Source: a virus
Length of the DNA: 64,000 bases
Reading direction: 5' to 3' (one strand)
Virus record (IMG/VR): IMGVR_UViG_3300045988_107526
Span: 10,119-74,118 of that record
Both the position numbers and the translations under genes were made by a program. Every line of letters starts with the position of its first letter. Within the stretch, counting starts at the first letter, position 1. Positions 1 to 8,876 of this stretch are shown here, piece by piece. Below the pieces are notes generated by a model that was not told the DNA's origin, searched no databases, and saw only the letters and a list, made by a program, of their open reading frames with translations.

Positions 1-1
1 G

Positions 2-3001
2 AAGCCTCTTGACAAGGCCATGGCCGATGTGCTTGATGCTTTCGATGGAAAAAAGGACGATGAGAAGATAAGAAACTTCAATCTCTACATGATTACCAAG
101 CATGGTTTGGAGAGAAACCGTATCTTGTATGTGCGTGATGCCTTGATGTATATGCGCATGAACGAGAAGACCAAGAAACTAGCTGATACTATTGAGTTCG
201 ATTGGAACAACGAGAAAGCTACCCTTGACGAGAAATTGGAGCGTGGAGACATCGACTTGAAGACTTATTATGAGCGCATGGACGATTTCATCCGTACCTA
301 CGTGGATAGTGACAATAAGTTTGATGCTGGCGAACATGACTATTCGGGTATTCACGCTATACAGGAAGTGGCTAAGTCTTCTGATCCTTACGATGATGCT
401 GAGGCTATCGCTAGCGTGATGGATTCAGAAGCAAAGATGGAGAGTATCAAGAAGGGGTCTGTTAAGGACTATTGGGATAAGGTGAAGGCTGCTACCCAGT
501 ATTCTATTGATAGTGACTATAAGAATGGTCTTATCAGCAGAGAGCTTTACGGTCATGTATCTGATATGTTCAACTGGTATGTGCCTTTGAGAAAGTATGA
601 TGAGGCTACTGCAGAAGATACCTACGGCTACATTACTGAGCAGGGCGACCCGAAGAGTTACATCGGAAGCACGATTATGAGAGCGAGAGGACACAAGTAC
701 CTGAGCGAAACAAACGTACTGGCGCAGATTGGTGCGATGGGTAACAGAGCTATCAAGAATGGCGGTATGAACGCTATCCGTCAGGCATTTGCAAGATTCG
801 TAAGAAACAACTCGAACAATAATCTTGTGACGGAGACTAGGGTTTGGTACGCCGATGACCCTATCACTCACACCACCGTGGAGCGTTACCCAGACATTCC
901 CGAGGACGCTACGGCTGATGAAATAAATCAGATAGTAGCAGACTTCAATATGGAAATGAAGGATTTGGAATCAAAGGGGTTGGCGACAAAGGTGTATCGA
1001 AGAGGAAGAATCGGCTATAAGTTCCAAAGAGCAGAGAACAAATCGCAGCATATCGTAGATGTGAAGATTGCCGGAAGGACCCATACCTTTATTATCAACG
1101 GAAATCCTAGAGCGGCGCAGGCTCTGAATGGATTGCTGGAGAACTCTGGCGCAAAGGGAATCATGAAACCATTGAGTTCTATATCAAGAATGATGGCGCA
1201 GTTGTGTACATCTTATAACCCTGAGTTCGTGATGCGAAACATCATGCGTGATGCGGAGTTTGCATCGAGCAACGTTACTTCTAAGGAGGGTGCAAGATAT
1301 GGTGCGCTCTGGGCGAAGTACTATGCGCAGTTGGGCTTGTATAAGGGTGCTTCAAATATCAGCTTCAAAGATTTTAGCGGAACTACTGGCTTGGGCTTGT
1401 TTGCCAAGTATCGTAACGGAACACTTGATACTTCTGACAAGGTACAGCGATATTTCAAGGAGTTTATGGAGAACGGCGGCGAAACCGGTTGGGTTCAGAT
1501 CAAGAACATGAAGGACTGGACCAAGGAGTATAAGAAAGATGTGAAGAGCGAAAGAAGCAAGATTGACAAGGGCGGTGCTGCCCTTCGTGACTTCTTCTTC
1601 GGAAATCTGGCGAACATCAACGAGGTGGCTGAGAATATCGCCCGATTTGCTACCTATTGTGCGAGCCGAGACAGTAACCGCTCTATCATCCGTTCTGTCT
1701 ATGATGCGAAGGAGGTATCTACCAACTTCAACCGCCATGGTAGTGGTGATGCCATCAAGAGTTTCAAGAACGGAGAAATGAGCTGGGCAGAGGAGAAGAG
1801 AAGATGGGCTTATGGTTTTTCTGCTAGCTATCTCAGACATTGTTCTATGTTCTTCAATGCCGGTATTCAGAGTACAAATCTTCTTGTGAAGAACTTGAAG
1901 AATCATCCTGTAGGTACTTCTATCAATATGCTTGCCATTCCTTTTGCCCTAGGTGCTCTGGCTGCACTTGGAAACAATGTGCTGATTGCGAGTGAGGATG
2001 AGAAGGATAGAAAGGGCGTGAAGGATCCATACGGAGAGTTGCCTGACTACGTGAGAAGAAACAATCTCTGTATCTACAAGGGAGGTGGCGAGTTCGTAAC
2101 TATTCCGCTTGCCATCGAATTGAGAGCCTTCTATGGATTGGGAGACTTGGCGGCTGGATTGACTTTCTCGCCTAACGTTAGCGGACAGAAGAATCCTGCC
2201 TTGGATGCCGTGGGATGTATGTCGCAGCTTGTGCCGGTGATGGACTATCTCGGCAACTCTTCGGCTGGCAAGGAGCCATTGAACGAGACGATCAAGGCTT
2301 TCTCTCCTTCTGCCCTATCTCCTTTCGTGGAATGGGAGTTAAATACCGACTGGAAGGGTGCGCCGATTGAAAGACGTGGTGACTGGAATGAAAATTCCCC
2401 TGCTTGGCAAAGAGCCTACAAGGGTGTGCCTGACGGATATATGGCTGTGAATAAGTTTGTGAATGCGCAGACGAATGATGTAGCCAAGGGTAATGAGGAT
2501 ATGCTTGGTAATAGTTTCCTGGATATGGTAACGAACCCTAGTATGCTAAATCATTACATCGGTGGTCTTGGCGGTGGTGCTGCTACCTTTACAGAGCGAG
2601 CTATTGGTGTTATTAAACACGGAGGCGACACAGAAACCAAGGATATTCCTTTCCTTCGCTCCCTACTCTATACGCCAAGTGAGCAGAGCAGCTTGCAGCG
2701 AACAAAGAGCAAGTGGTATAACTACAAGGACGAAATGGAAAAGACCATGGCAAACGTGGACCGACTGAAATCGAAGAACGTTCCGATTGATAAGAGAATC
2801 ACGAATATCGGTGAGTATTTCCATTTTCAAAACTCCAAGGAGGCTGCCAAGGTGAGAGTAATCGAGCTGGCAGAGAAACAGATGAATCGATGGAAGAAAA
2901 TGAGGGACAAGGCTAGCGATACCGAATCTATTAACTTCGCCAACCAGAATATTGACAGGATCATGATGGATGCGGTGGATGAACTAGATAGATTGGAATA
3001 A
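2..3001 (+). CDS. C-terminal ~1000 aa of a very large virion-associated protein (5' end outside window)
   Basis: The frame is open from the window edge, with no stop upstream of the ATG at 20. It has a Gly/Ala-rich hydrophobic stretch (MLAIPFALGALAALGNNVL) and is followed by a hairpin terminator. The motif NIARFA is only reminiscent of the PLxRFG domain of polyvalent proteins. Confidence 0.6.
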   Translation, partial: KPLDKAMADVLDAFDGKKDDEKIRNFNLYMITKHGLERNRILYVRDALMYMRMNEKTKKLADTIEFDWNNEKATLDEKLERGDIDLKTYYERMDDFIRTYVDSDNKFDAGEHDYSGIHAIQEVAKSSDPYDDAEAIASVMDSEAKMESIKKGSVKDYWDKVKAATQYSIDSDYKNGLISRELYGHVSDMFNWYVPLRKYDEATAEDTYGYITEQGDPKSYIGSTIMRARGHKYLSETNVLAQIGAMGNRAIKNGGMNAIRQAFARFVRNNSNNNLVTETRVWYADDPITHTTVERYPDIPEDATADEINQIVADFNMEMKDLESKGLATKVYRRGRIGYKFQRAENKSQHIVDVKIAGRTHTFIINGNPRAAQALNGLLENSGAKGIMKPLSSISRMMAQLCTSYNPEFVMRNIMRDAEFASSNVTSKEGARYGALWAKYYAQLGLYKGASNISFKDFSGTTGLGLFAKYRNGTLDTSDKVQRYFKEFMENGGETGWVQIKNMKDWTKEYKKDVKSERSKIDKGGAALRDFFFGNLANINEVAENIARFATYCASRDSNRSIIRSVYDAKEVSTNFNRHGSGDAIKSFKNGEMSWAEEKRRWAYGFSASYLRHCSMFFNAGIQSTNLLVKNLKNHPVGTSINMLAIPFALGALAALGNNVLIASEDEKDRKGVKDPYGELPDYVRRNNLCIYKGGGEFVTIPLAIELRAFYGLGDLAAGLTFSPNVSGQKNPALDAVGCMSQLVPVMDYLGNSSAGKEPLNETIKAFSPSALSPFVEWELNTDWKGAPIERRGDWNENSPAWQRAYKGVPDGYMAVNKFVNAQTNDVAKGNEDMLGNSFLDMVTNPSMLNHYIGGLGGGAATFTERAIGVIKHGGDTETKDIPFLRSLLYTPSEQSSLQRTKSKWYNYKDEMEKTMANVDRLKSKNVPIDKRITNIGEYFHFQNSKEAAKVRVIELAEKQMNRWKKMRDKASDTESINFANQNIDRIMMDAVDELDRLE

Positions 3002-3011
3002 TATGAAATGA

Positions 3012-3041
3012 GGAGTGGGCGATGTGCTCACTCCCCTTTTT
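3012..3041 (+). terminator. Hairpin terminator between convergent genes
   Basis: 9-bp stem GGAGTGGGC/GCTCACTCC (one G-T pair), loop GATGT, then CCTTTTT. It overlaps the stop of the minus-strand gene. Confidence 0.6.
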
Positions 3042-4416
3042 AGCTAAATTTGAGATAACCTTCTTTTATATCTCTGTCACCTTTTACCACCTCTAGAACA
3101 AAACCATTATAAACCATTTCATCAAGGCTCTTATTGATAGCTTTTGCTATGCCTTTATCAATAATCACTTTATCGAATGGTTTTTGTATTTTTAATTTAT
3201 CTTTGATTACATTCATTCTTTTTAGATGCAATATTCTTTTCGTTATTAACTGTCCAGTATTCTTTTCTATTAAATTCACCAATATCGTGTCTTCGTTAGA
3301 GTTTGCCCAGCTTTCAAGATTCAAATGTATATCTTTGATACTCAAAGGAACTGCAAATCGCAACTTGGAAAATTCAAAAACCAAGAAGTATGCAAAGTCA
3401 TAATGATACATATATAATATGACGCTATCTTTCCCGAAAGCCTCCCTTTCTTCATACGTAATATCGTCAAAATAAGCCATCACGTAAAAGCTCCCTTTTG
3501 TATAAAATACGTTTGCGGTATCTACTGTATTGCTAATAATATTGGTTTTGAATGTTGCGTATTTTCTGCTATCTTTAGAATTTACAAAGTGTAAATGTTT
3601 TTTGCTATCAACAAAATCAAACCATTCCTGTAAGTCTCCAACTCTATCAATAGCAAATCGTATAGACGCTTTAGTTTCTAGGCTATTTAAACCGAATTTT
3701 TCAACTGCATTAAGAATCATATTATAGAATTCCGTAAACCTCCTATAGTCTAAATAAGAAATGTTCAGTAAATCAGCTTGCTTTGCATCATCGCTTTTCC
3801 CTCCATACTTATGAATACGATGCCTTTCAAAACGTATCTTTTCTTTTAGGAATTTAATTCTTTCTTCTGCAAATAAAGTTTCCCATTCGCTTAGGGTGCG
3901 AGTTACACCTTTATCTATGTAATCCATATCAGGAATAGCCTTTAATAGTAAACTAACATTGCTAGAAGATTGCTCATTCAAATTAAAGTCTGAGTACCGA
4001 TAATCTTTTATTGCCTCTGATAGGTTCATTCGGCTTAATCGCAAAAATACCTGTCCCGATGATATTCGTATTGACCTAGCCATTAACTTCTTTTGTTTTC
4101 TAGTCATTTTACCGAAACGAAAATGAGATAAAAGATCCTTATCTTCATCTGTCGGCTTCCACTTTATGTACATATCCTTTATTGAAGACATACACATAAT
4201 AATAACAAGAATAGCTACAGAGATTACGAAAGTACACAGTTCTGTATGTTCTTGAAATATATCTAATAATCTCATATCTCCAAAACAGATTGAAATAATA
4301 GTAGTAAGAATAACGAGAATAAACAAAATAAATATATACCAATATAGGAATCCTATAATGGTCATCATGAATCTAAAGAACTTGTTGTCCCATACCCAAT
4401 CGTTGTTGTATCCCAT
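3040..4416 (-). CDS. Hypothetical membrane-anchored protein (moron), 458 aa
   Basis: Long ORF on the opposite strand to flanking late genes and visibly AT-rich. It has two N-terminal hydrophobic helices, then ~350 aa with no recognisable motif. It has its own -7 box and terminator. Confidence 0.65.
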   Translation of the reverse strand: MGYNNDWVWDNKFFRFMMTIIGFLYWYIFILFILVILTTIISICFGDMRLLDIFQEHTELCTFVISVAILVIIMCMSSIKDMYIKWKPTDEDKDLLSHFRFGKMTRKQKKLMARSIRISSGQVFLRLSRMNLSEAIKDYRYSDFNLNEQSSSNVSLLLKAIPDMDYIDKGVTRTLSEWETLFAEERIKFLKEKIRFERHRIHKYGGKSDDAKQADLLNISYLDYRRFTEFYNMILNAVEKFGLNSLETKASIRFAIDRVGDLQEWFDFVDSKKHLHFVNSKDSRKYATFKTNIISNTVDTANVFYTKGSFYVMAYFDDITYEEREAFGKDSVILYMYHYDFAYFLVFEFSKLRFAVPLSIKDIHLNLESWANSNEDTILVNLIEKNTGQLITKRILHLKRMNVIKDKLKIQKPFDKVIIDKGIAKAINKSLDEMVYNGFVLEVVKGDRDIKEGYLKFS

Positions 4417-4439
4417 ATTTGTTAAGCGTTATTTTCTTG

Positions 4440-4447
4440 CAAAAGTA
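4440..4447 (-). promoter_or_regulatory. Bacteroides-type -7 box TACTTTTG for the 3040-4416 moron
   Basis: The minus strand reads TACTTTTG, with 23 nt between the box and the ATG at 4416. Confidence 0.5.
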
Positions 4448-4614
4448 GTGAAAATATTGATAGGTTGTATCGGTTTGATGGCGATTTCTGCACAGTTTAG
4501 ATTTTTGCTAAATAAATGAGTAAAAGTTGACTCAGCATAAAATGCTGAGGAACAGTGGCTTTAGTGGCAAATAATTTATTTTGAGCATAGTTAGGCAGAG
4601 CCTCGTCTTCTTCG

Positions 4615-4622
4615 TAACTTTG
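4615..4622 (+). promoter_or_regulatory. -7 box TAACTTTG upstream of 4665 gene
   Basis: TAnnTTTG match 43 nt upstream of the ATG at 4665. Confidence 0.4.
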
Positions 4623-4664
4623 CACCAAGTTCAATAGTGAACGAAACGAATAAACTAATTTATT

Positions 4665-5615
4665 ATGTCAGAATCTAAGACATACATCTTTGGTGAAAAC
4701 CAAAACGGAGGTTCAAACGGAATGCTTGGACTTCTTGCTCCTCTGCTCCAGAAGCAGGGTGTAGATCCAAATGTGCTTCTCGCTATGAAGGGCAACAATG
4801 GCTTCGGCGGTGAAGGTGGTTGGTTCATGTGGGTTATCTTCCTCTTCTTCCTTATGGGTTGGGGCGGTAATGGCTGGGGTGGCTTCGGCAATAACGGTCG
4901 TGGCGGTCTTGCTAACGAGATTAACAATGACTACGGTCGTGGTCTCTTGATGGATGCCATCGGTGGAAACCGTAATGCGCTCAGCAATTTGGCTACTCAG
5001 CTCAACTGTACCGAAGGTCAGATTCAGAATGCCATTTCTGCCTTGACTTCTCAGGTTCAGAGTGTAGGTAATCAGGTTGGTATGAGTGGCATGCAGACCA
5101 TCAATGCTTTGCAGCAGGGTAACATGCAGATTGCTCAGCAGATTGCAAACTGCTGCTGCGAGAACCGCTTGGCTATCTGCCAGCAGACTGGTACCTTACA
5201 GAATGCCATCAACAACGTGGCTGTAGGTCAGGAGCGTGGCTTCTCTAACGTAGCTTACGAAACCCAGCGCCAGACTTGCGATTTGCATAACGCCATCAAG
5301 GAAAGCACTCAGACCATCGTTGACGGTCAGAAGCAGGCTGAGATGCGCGAAATGCAGAACAAGATTGATTCTCTGCGTGAGGAGAACAGTACCTTCAAGG
5401 CTTCTGCAATGACTTCTCAGATTGTTGGTCAGGCGGTAGCTCCTATCAATGCGGTATTGGCTGGTCTGCAGAACGAGGTAGCTGGCATCAAATGTAAGCT
5501 GCCGGAGACAGTAACTACTCCTTACAGCCCCTTTACAGCGGTTCCTAACTGCGTGGCCTATCAAGCAGGTTTGTATGGTTTGAATGCTGCCAACAATGCA
5601 GGATTCTGGGGTTAA
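4665..5615 (+). CDS. Hypothetical virion/membrane protein, Gly/Trp-rich N-terminus
   Basis: 316-aa ORF with hydrophobic segment WFMWVIFLFFLMGWGGNGWGG and a Q/N-rich helical middle. No family recognised. Confidence 0.6.
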   Translation: MSESKTYIFGENQNGGSNGMLGLLAPLLQKQGVDPNVLLAMKGNNGFGGEGGWFMWVIFLFFLMGWGGNGWGGFGNNGRGGLANEINNDYGRGLLMDAIGGNRNALSNLATQLNCTEGQIQNAISALTSQVQSVGNQVGMSGMQTINALQQGNMQIAQQIANCCCENRLAICQQTGTLQNAINNVAVGQERGFSNVAYETQRQTCDLHNAIKESTQTIVDGQKQAEMREMQNKIDSLREENSTFKASAMTSQIVGQAVAPINAVLAGLQNEVAGIKCKLPETVTTPYSPFTAVPNCVAYQAGLYGLNAANNAGFWG

Positions 5616-5630
5616 AGAAAGGAGGCTGCT

Positions 5631-5975
5631 ATGTTATGGTTAAGACCTTTTACTTGGGTGAATCGTAACGGTTCGGCGGCTATCGCTTCTACTGGCGTGA
5701 AGGTGAATACTGCCGATGTGGTGTTCACCTTTAAAAACCACGCCTTCGTGAATGCCAGCTACAGAGGAACGATTTTCGTAAATCTGCGTCAGGCTATTCC
5801 GACTGGAACGACTGGTACGCTGCCTATCCTTTTCGAGACCAACGGCGTAACCCAAGCCGTAACCAAATTCAATGGTGAAGCATTAACGGTTGCAGACGTG
5901 CCGGGAACTGGAGTTGTTCAGCTCTGGTTTGAGAGAGACACTAACACCCTTCAGCTGATGACGGGTATTGTTTAA
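5631..5975 (+). CDS. Hypothetical protein, 114 aa
   Basis: Starts 15 nt after the previous stop, with AAAGGAGG just upstream. Composition is beta-rich. Confidence 0.55.
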   Translation: MLWLRPFTWVNRNGSAAIASTGVKVNTADVVFTFKNHAFVNASYRGTIFVNLRQAIPTGTTGTLPILFETNGVTQAVTKFNGEALTVADVPGTGVVQLWFERDTNTLQLMTGIV

Positions 5976-6005
5976 CAAACAGAATAGATAATAGGAGATT
6001 ACATT

Positions 6006-6506
6006 ATGTTTCAAGGTTTAAGATCAAATTCTTTATTCTATGTCCTAGATAAGGGCGAAAACCCGAACTTGCAGATTGGTCAGGTTGTTTCGGTAAGCAA
6101 TCCTCAGACGAAATACCCTACCTTCAACAATGGCTTCACGCCTCAGCCTATGGAAACTGTGGTTGATGTGAAGGTGAAGCTGAACGATGAGGAGGTGGAT
6201 TTCAAGCAGTTACCTGCAAACGGGCAGATAGCCAACGACAAGAACCTTGTGGTCAGCGACAACAAGGAAGCCATGAGTGCGGAGGTCGATGCGATGTTGA
6301 GACAATCCAAGGCGATACTGGAGAGCGTAGATTACCATGAGAGAGTCGTTAAATCTTGTGAGGGAATGCTACTGCAGCTCAACCCCCAGATAGCCAAGGA
6401 GAAGGAACAGGCTGAGAAGATTTCCAAGCTGGAAGGTAAGGTTTCTGGCATGGAGGGCAAGCTTGACAGGATGATGGGATTGCTCGAACAGGCGATAAAC
6501 AAGTAA
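6006..6506 (+). CDS. Hypothetical protein with C-terminal coiled coil, 166 aa
   Basis: Same-strand late cluster. Heptad-like tail KEKEQAEKISKLEGKVSGMEGKLDRMMGLLEQ. Confidence 0.55.
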   Translation: MFQGLRSNSLFYVLDKGENPNLQIGQVVSVSNPQTKYPTFNNGFTPQPMETVVDVKVKLNDEEVDFKQLPANGQIANDKNLVVSDNKEAMSAEVDAMLRQSKAILESVDYHERVVKSCEGMLLQLNPQIAKEKEQAEKISKLEGKVSGMEGKLDRMMGLLEQAINK

Positions 6507-6540
6507 TCTCCTATCTATTCACTTTAAAAATCTTAGAATT

Positions 6541-6816
6541 ATGATAATGGTTGAGATTACAGAAGACAAGTTTGATGGCTTGTATGAGAACGTGGAGAAG
6601 GGCTTGCGCTACTTTGGCAAGGCTATGAGCTGCCTTGATGAAATGAAGCGTGAAGGTAGACGTGAACGATACGGCGAGCGCAACCGCATGCCCGATTACA
6701 GAGGTCGTGGAGGCAGAAGTGGTATGCGAGAGCATGAAGAGTATGACGACATGCGCCAACGTGACGACAGAGAACGTGGAGAACGTGATTATCGAAGCTA
6801 CGGCGACGAGTATTAA
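6541..6816 (+). CDS. Hypothetical protein with Arg/Gly and Arg/Asp/Glu low-complexity tail, 91 aa
   Basis: ORF in the late cluster. Tail RGRGGRSGMREHEEYDDMRQRDDRERGERDY. Confidence 0.45.
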   Translation: MIMVEITEDKFDGLYENVEKGLRYFGKAMSCLDEMKREGRRERYGERNRMPDYRGRGGRSGMREHEEYDDMRQRDDRERGERDYRSYGDEY

Positions 6817-6880
6817 CTAACTTGGGGTTTGGTAGTGAAACAGATTTCGTTACCAAACCCTTTTTAATATCAGAAAGATT

Positions 6881-7294
6881 ATGGAAAGAAAATACAGACA
6901 ATCTTTGAACGCCTACGATTATCAGCCGGAAGAAATGAGGGCATACCTGAGATACAATGGCTGGCACTTTAATAAGAAAATGTGTGAGTGGGCAGTAAAG
7001 CAGATGCGGAAGAATGGTAAGCCTATCCGCATGATGAGCAAGGATGATATTGAGGACATTCTGAAGAAGAACGATATTGTGTTAGATAATAATGTAGGCT
7101 ATGATGCAGTTTATATCGCGCACATGTGTCTGGCAGACTTCTACGGCTCGTCTATCACAGAAGAAAAGCAGATGGCCCAGTTCATAAAAGACTACGTAGA
7201 TGATGAGGATCAGCAGGACGGTTTCATCTTCAACCGATTCTATGCAGACACATCTTTCAATGGTGTGGGTATTCCTTGGGAAGAGATATTGTAG
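6881..7294 (+). CDS. Hypothetical protein, 137 aa
   Basis: ATG-initiated ORF in the same-strand cluster. Confidence 0.5.
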   Translation: MERKYRQSLNAYDYQPEEMRAYLRYNGWHFNKKMCEWAVKQMRKNGKPIRMMSKDDIEDILKKNDIVLDNNVGYDAVYIAHMCLADFYGSSITEEKQMAQFIKDYVDDEDQQDGFIFNRFYADTSFNGVGIPWEEIL

Positions 7295-7324
7295 TTTATA
7301 GTTGATAGTTTAAAGTTTATAGTT

Positions 7325-7705
7325 TTGACTGAGCAGGAGATTTACTTAGAAAGGTTTGATTGGACCGTACATGTAATGTACGATGTTCACTCAAAGGATG
7401 CCATGAAGGTAAGAAGGTATCTTCGGGATTTGGGATGCGCCGGCATTCCTCTCGAAGATGCCTGTAATCTCGTGCTCGAAGGTGAAGCCAATAAAGGGAT
7501 AACCTATTCCAATGTTGATATAAGAAAAACGGTGGTAGTAATCGGCTGGACCACTTCTAAAGCAGAATACATGAACAGCCTCAGCCACGAAATGCTGCAT
7601 GTGGTTCAGCATATATCCGAGCAGTTCTTGATAAATATGTATGGAGAGGAGGCTTGCTACTTGCTTGGTGGATTGGTGCAGGCTTGCTGCATAAGAAAAG
7701 GGTGA
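7325..7705 (+). CDS. Small putative zinc metallopeptidase-like protein (HExxH), 126 aa
   Basis: Motif SLSHEMLHVVQH contains HExxH. The track start is TTG and the first in-frame ATG is 17 codons later. Confidence 0.45.
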   Translation: MTEQEIYLERFDWTVHVMYDVHSKDAMKVRRYLRDLGCAGIPLEDACNLVLEGEANKGITYSNVDIRKTVVVIGWTTSKAEYMNSLSHEMLHVVQHISEQFLINMYGEEACYLLGGLVQACCIRKG

Positions 7706-7723
7706 ATCTTTCGACTCACCCTT
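7698..7723. terminator. Bidirectional hairpin between convergent genes
   Basis: Perfect 8-bp stem AAGGGTGA/TCACCCTT with a 10-nt loop. It overlaps the stop codon at 7703-7705 and is followed by CTTCTTCTTT. Confidence 0.55.
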
Positions 7724-7741
7724 CTTCTTTATCTATACGGT

Positions 7742-7939
7742 TTACTCCCCATACTTTGGCTCCTCATACACCAAGTTATGCTCATCTACGTAATCCTTGG
7801 CTTCTGAGTATGTATCAAAATCTACTGCGGTGGTATTTACTGCTGGGAATACCTCAGCATTGTCACCTTCCTCTGTGAGAGGGAACATCATCTTAGTTCC
7901 CTCATGTACTACCTTGAACTTTTTTGTTAACTTATTCAT
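7742..7939 (-). CDS. Hypothetical acidic protein, 65 aa
   Basis: Last ORF of the leftward structural operon. Confidence 0.4.
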   Translation of the reverse strand: MNKLTKKFKVVHEGTKMMFPLTEEGDNAEVFPAVNTTAVDFDTYSEAKDYVDEHNLVYEEPKYGE

Positions 7940-7980
7940 ATCTTGTTTCCTTTCTTTACATTAATATTGAACTTGGTACA

Positions 7981-8865
7981 TTATGCAGGAGTGATTGAGA
8001 CTGTGTAGTCTTTCTGCTGCAATGTTGTTATAGCTGCATCTGATGCTGATGTACGAGTTCCTTTGCATATAATTTTCTTAAACCAACTTTGACTTTGTGT
8101 ATTTGCAACACATGCAGATTGGTCATTTAACATCTTATCAATGTCTGTTCCAAAATCAGCATATTGGATAGCCATAATCTGATGTGTTGTTGGGCGAGTT
8201 TGCTTCCATGTGCATGGAACAAAACTTGCAGAATCAAACCCCAATTGGCATCCATTTATTTGAGAAACTTCACCTTTAACAGTTGCAGGAGGAAAAAATG
8301 AATTAAATTTCGAGAATTTTTTTAATACAGAAATATCTCCATACATAGATGAGTTGCTCAAATCCAGCGTGTCTGAAAGACCATTTACTGAGTTTATACA
8401 AGAAATATCTTGCTTTTTTGTTCTATTCAGTTTTATATATCCAAAAGAACTTTCTTTAGAGAATCTTGCAAAATCAAAATTATCTTCGGAATTAAAACTA
8501 AATCTAGACTTTTCTGGTGAAGCAAATGCAAAACGGTTATAATCTCCTATTCCTTTGATATTTATAAATATTCTTAATTTGTAAATCGGAACTTTCAAAC
8601 CTCCATTATTTACAACCTTAACATAAATACGGTCTCCCCAACTACCACCATTATATGCTGTTAATTCTTTAGTTGTTCCTAAGTTTTGTGCATAATTTTC
8701 ATCTGTAAAGTACGCATCACCGAAGGTTCTAATAGTAGTGCCTTCGGTAAAACCTAGAGATACATCAATTTTTCCTTCTTGAGGAAGAATAACTAATTCT
8801 CCTATTTTTGGCAATGAATCATCATCAATAACTCCTTGCAATTTTGTTACTAAACATTTTTCCAT
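7981..8865 (-). CDS. Hypothetical fibre-associated protein, 294 aa
   Basis: Immediately downstream of the fibre gene and visibly AT-rich. Weak leucine-rich-repeat-like stretch (LSDTLDLSNSSMYGDISVLKKFSKFNSF). Confidence 0.5.
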   Translation of the reverse strand: MEKCLVTKLQGVIDDDSLPKIGELVILPQEGKIDVSLGFTEGTTIRTFGDAYFTDENYAQNLGTTKELTAYNGGSWGDRIYVKVVNNGGLKVPIYKLRIFINIKGIGDYNRFAFASPEKSRFSFNSEDNFDFARFSKESSFGYIKLNRTKKQDISCINSVNGLSDTLDLSNSSMYGDISVLKKFSKFNSFFPPATVKGEVSQINGCQLGFDSASFVPCTWKQTRPTTHQIMAIQYADFGTDIDKMLNDQSACVANTQSQSWFKKIICKGTRTSASDAAITTLQQKDYTVSITPA

Positions 8866-8876
8866 AATTATATATT

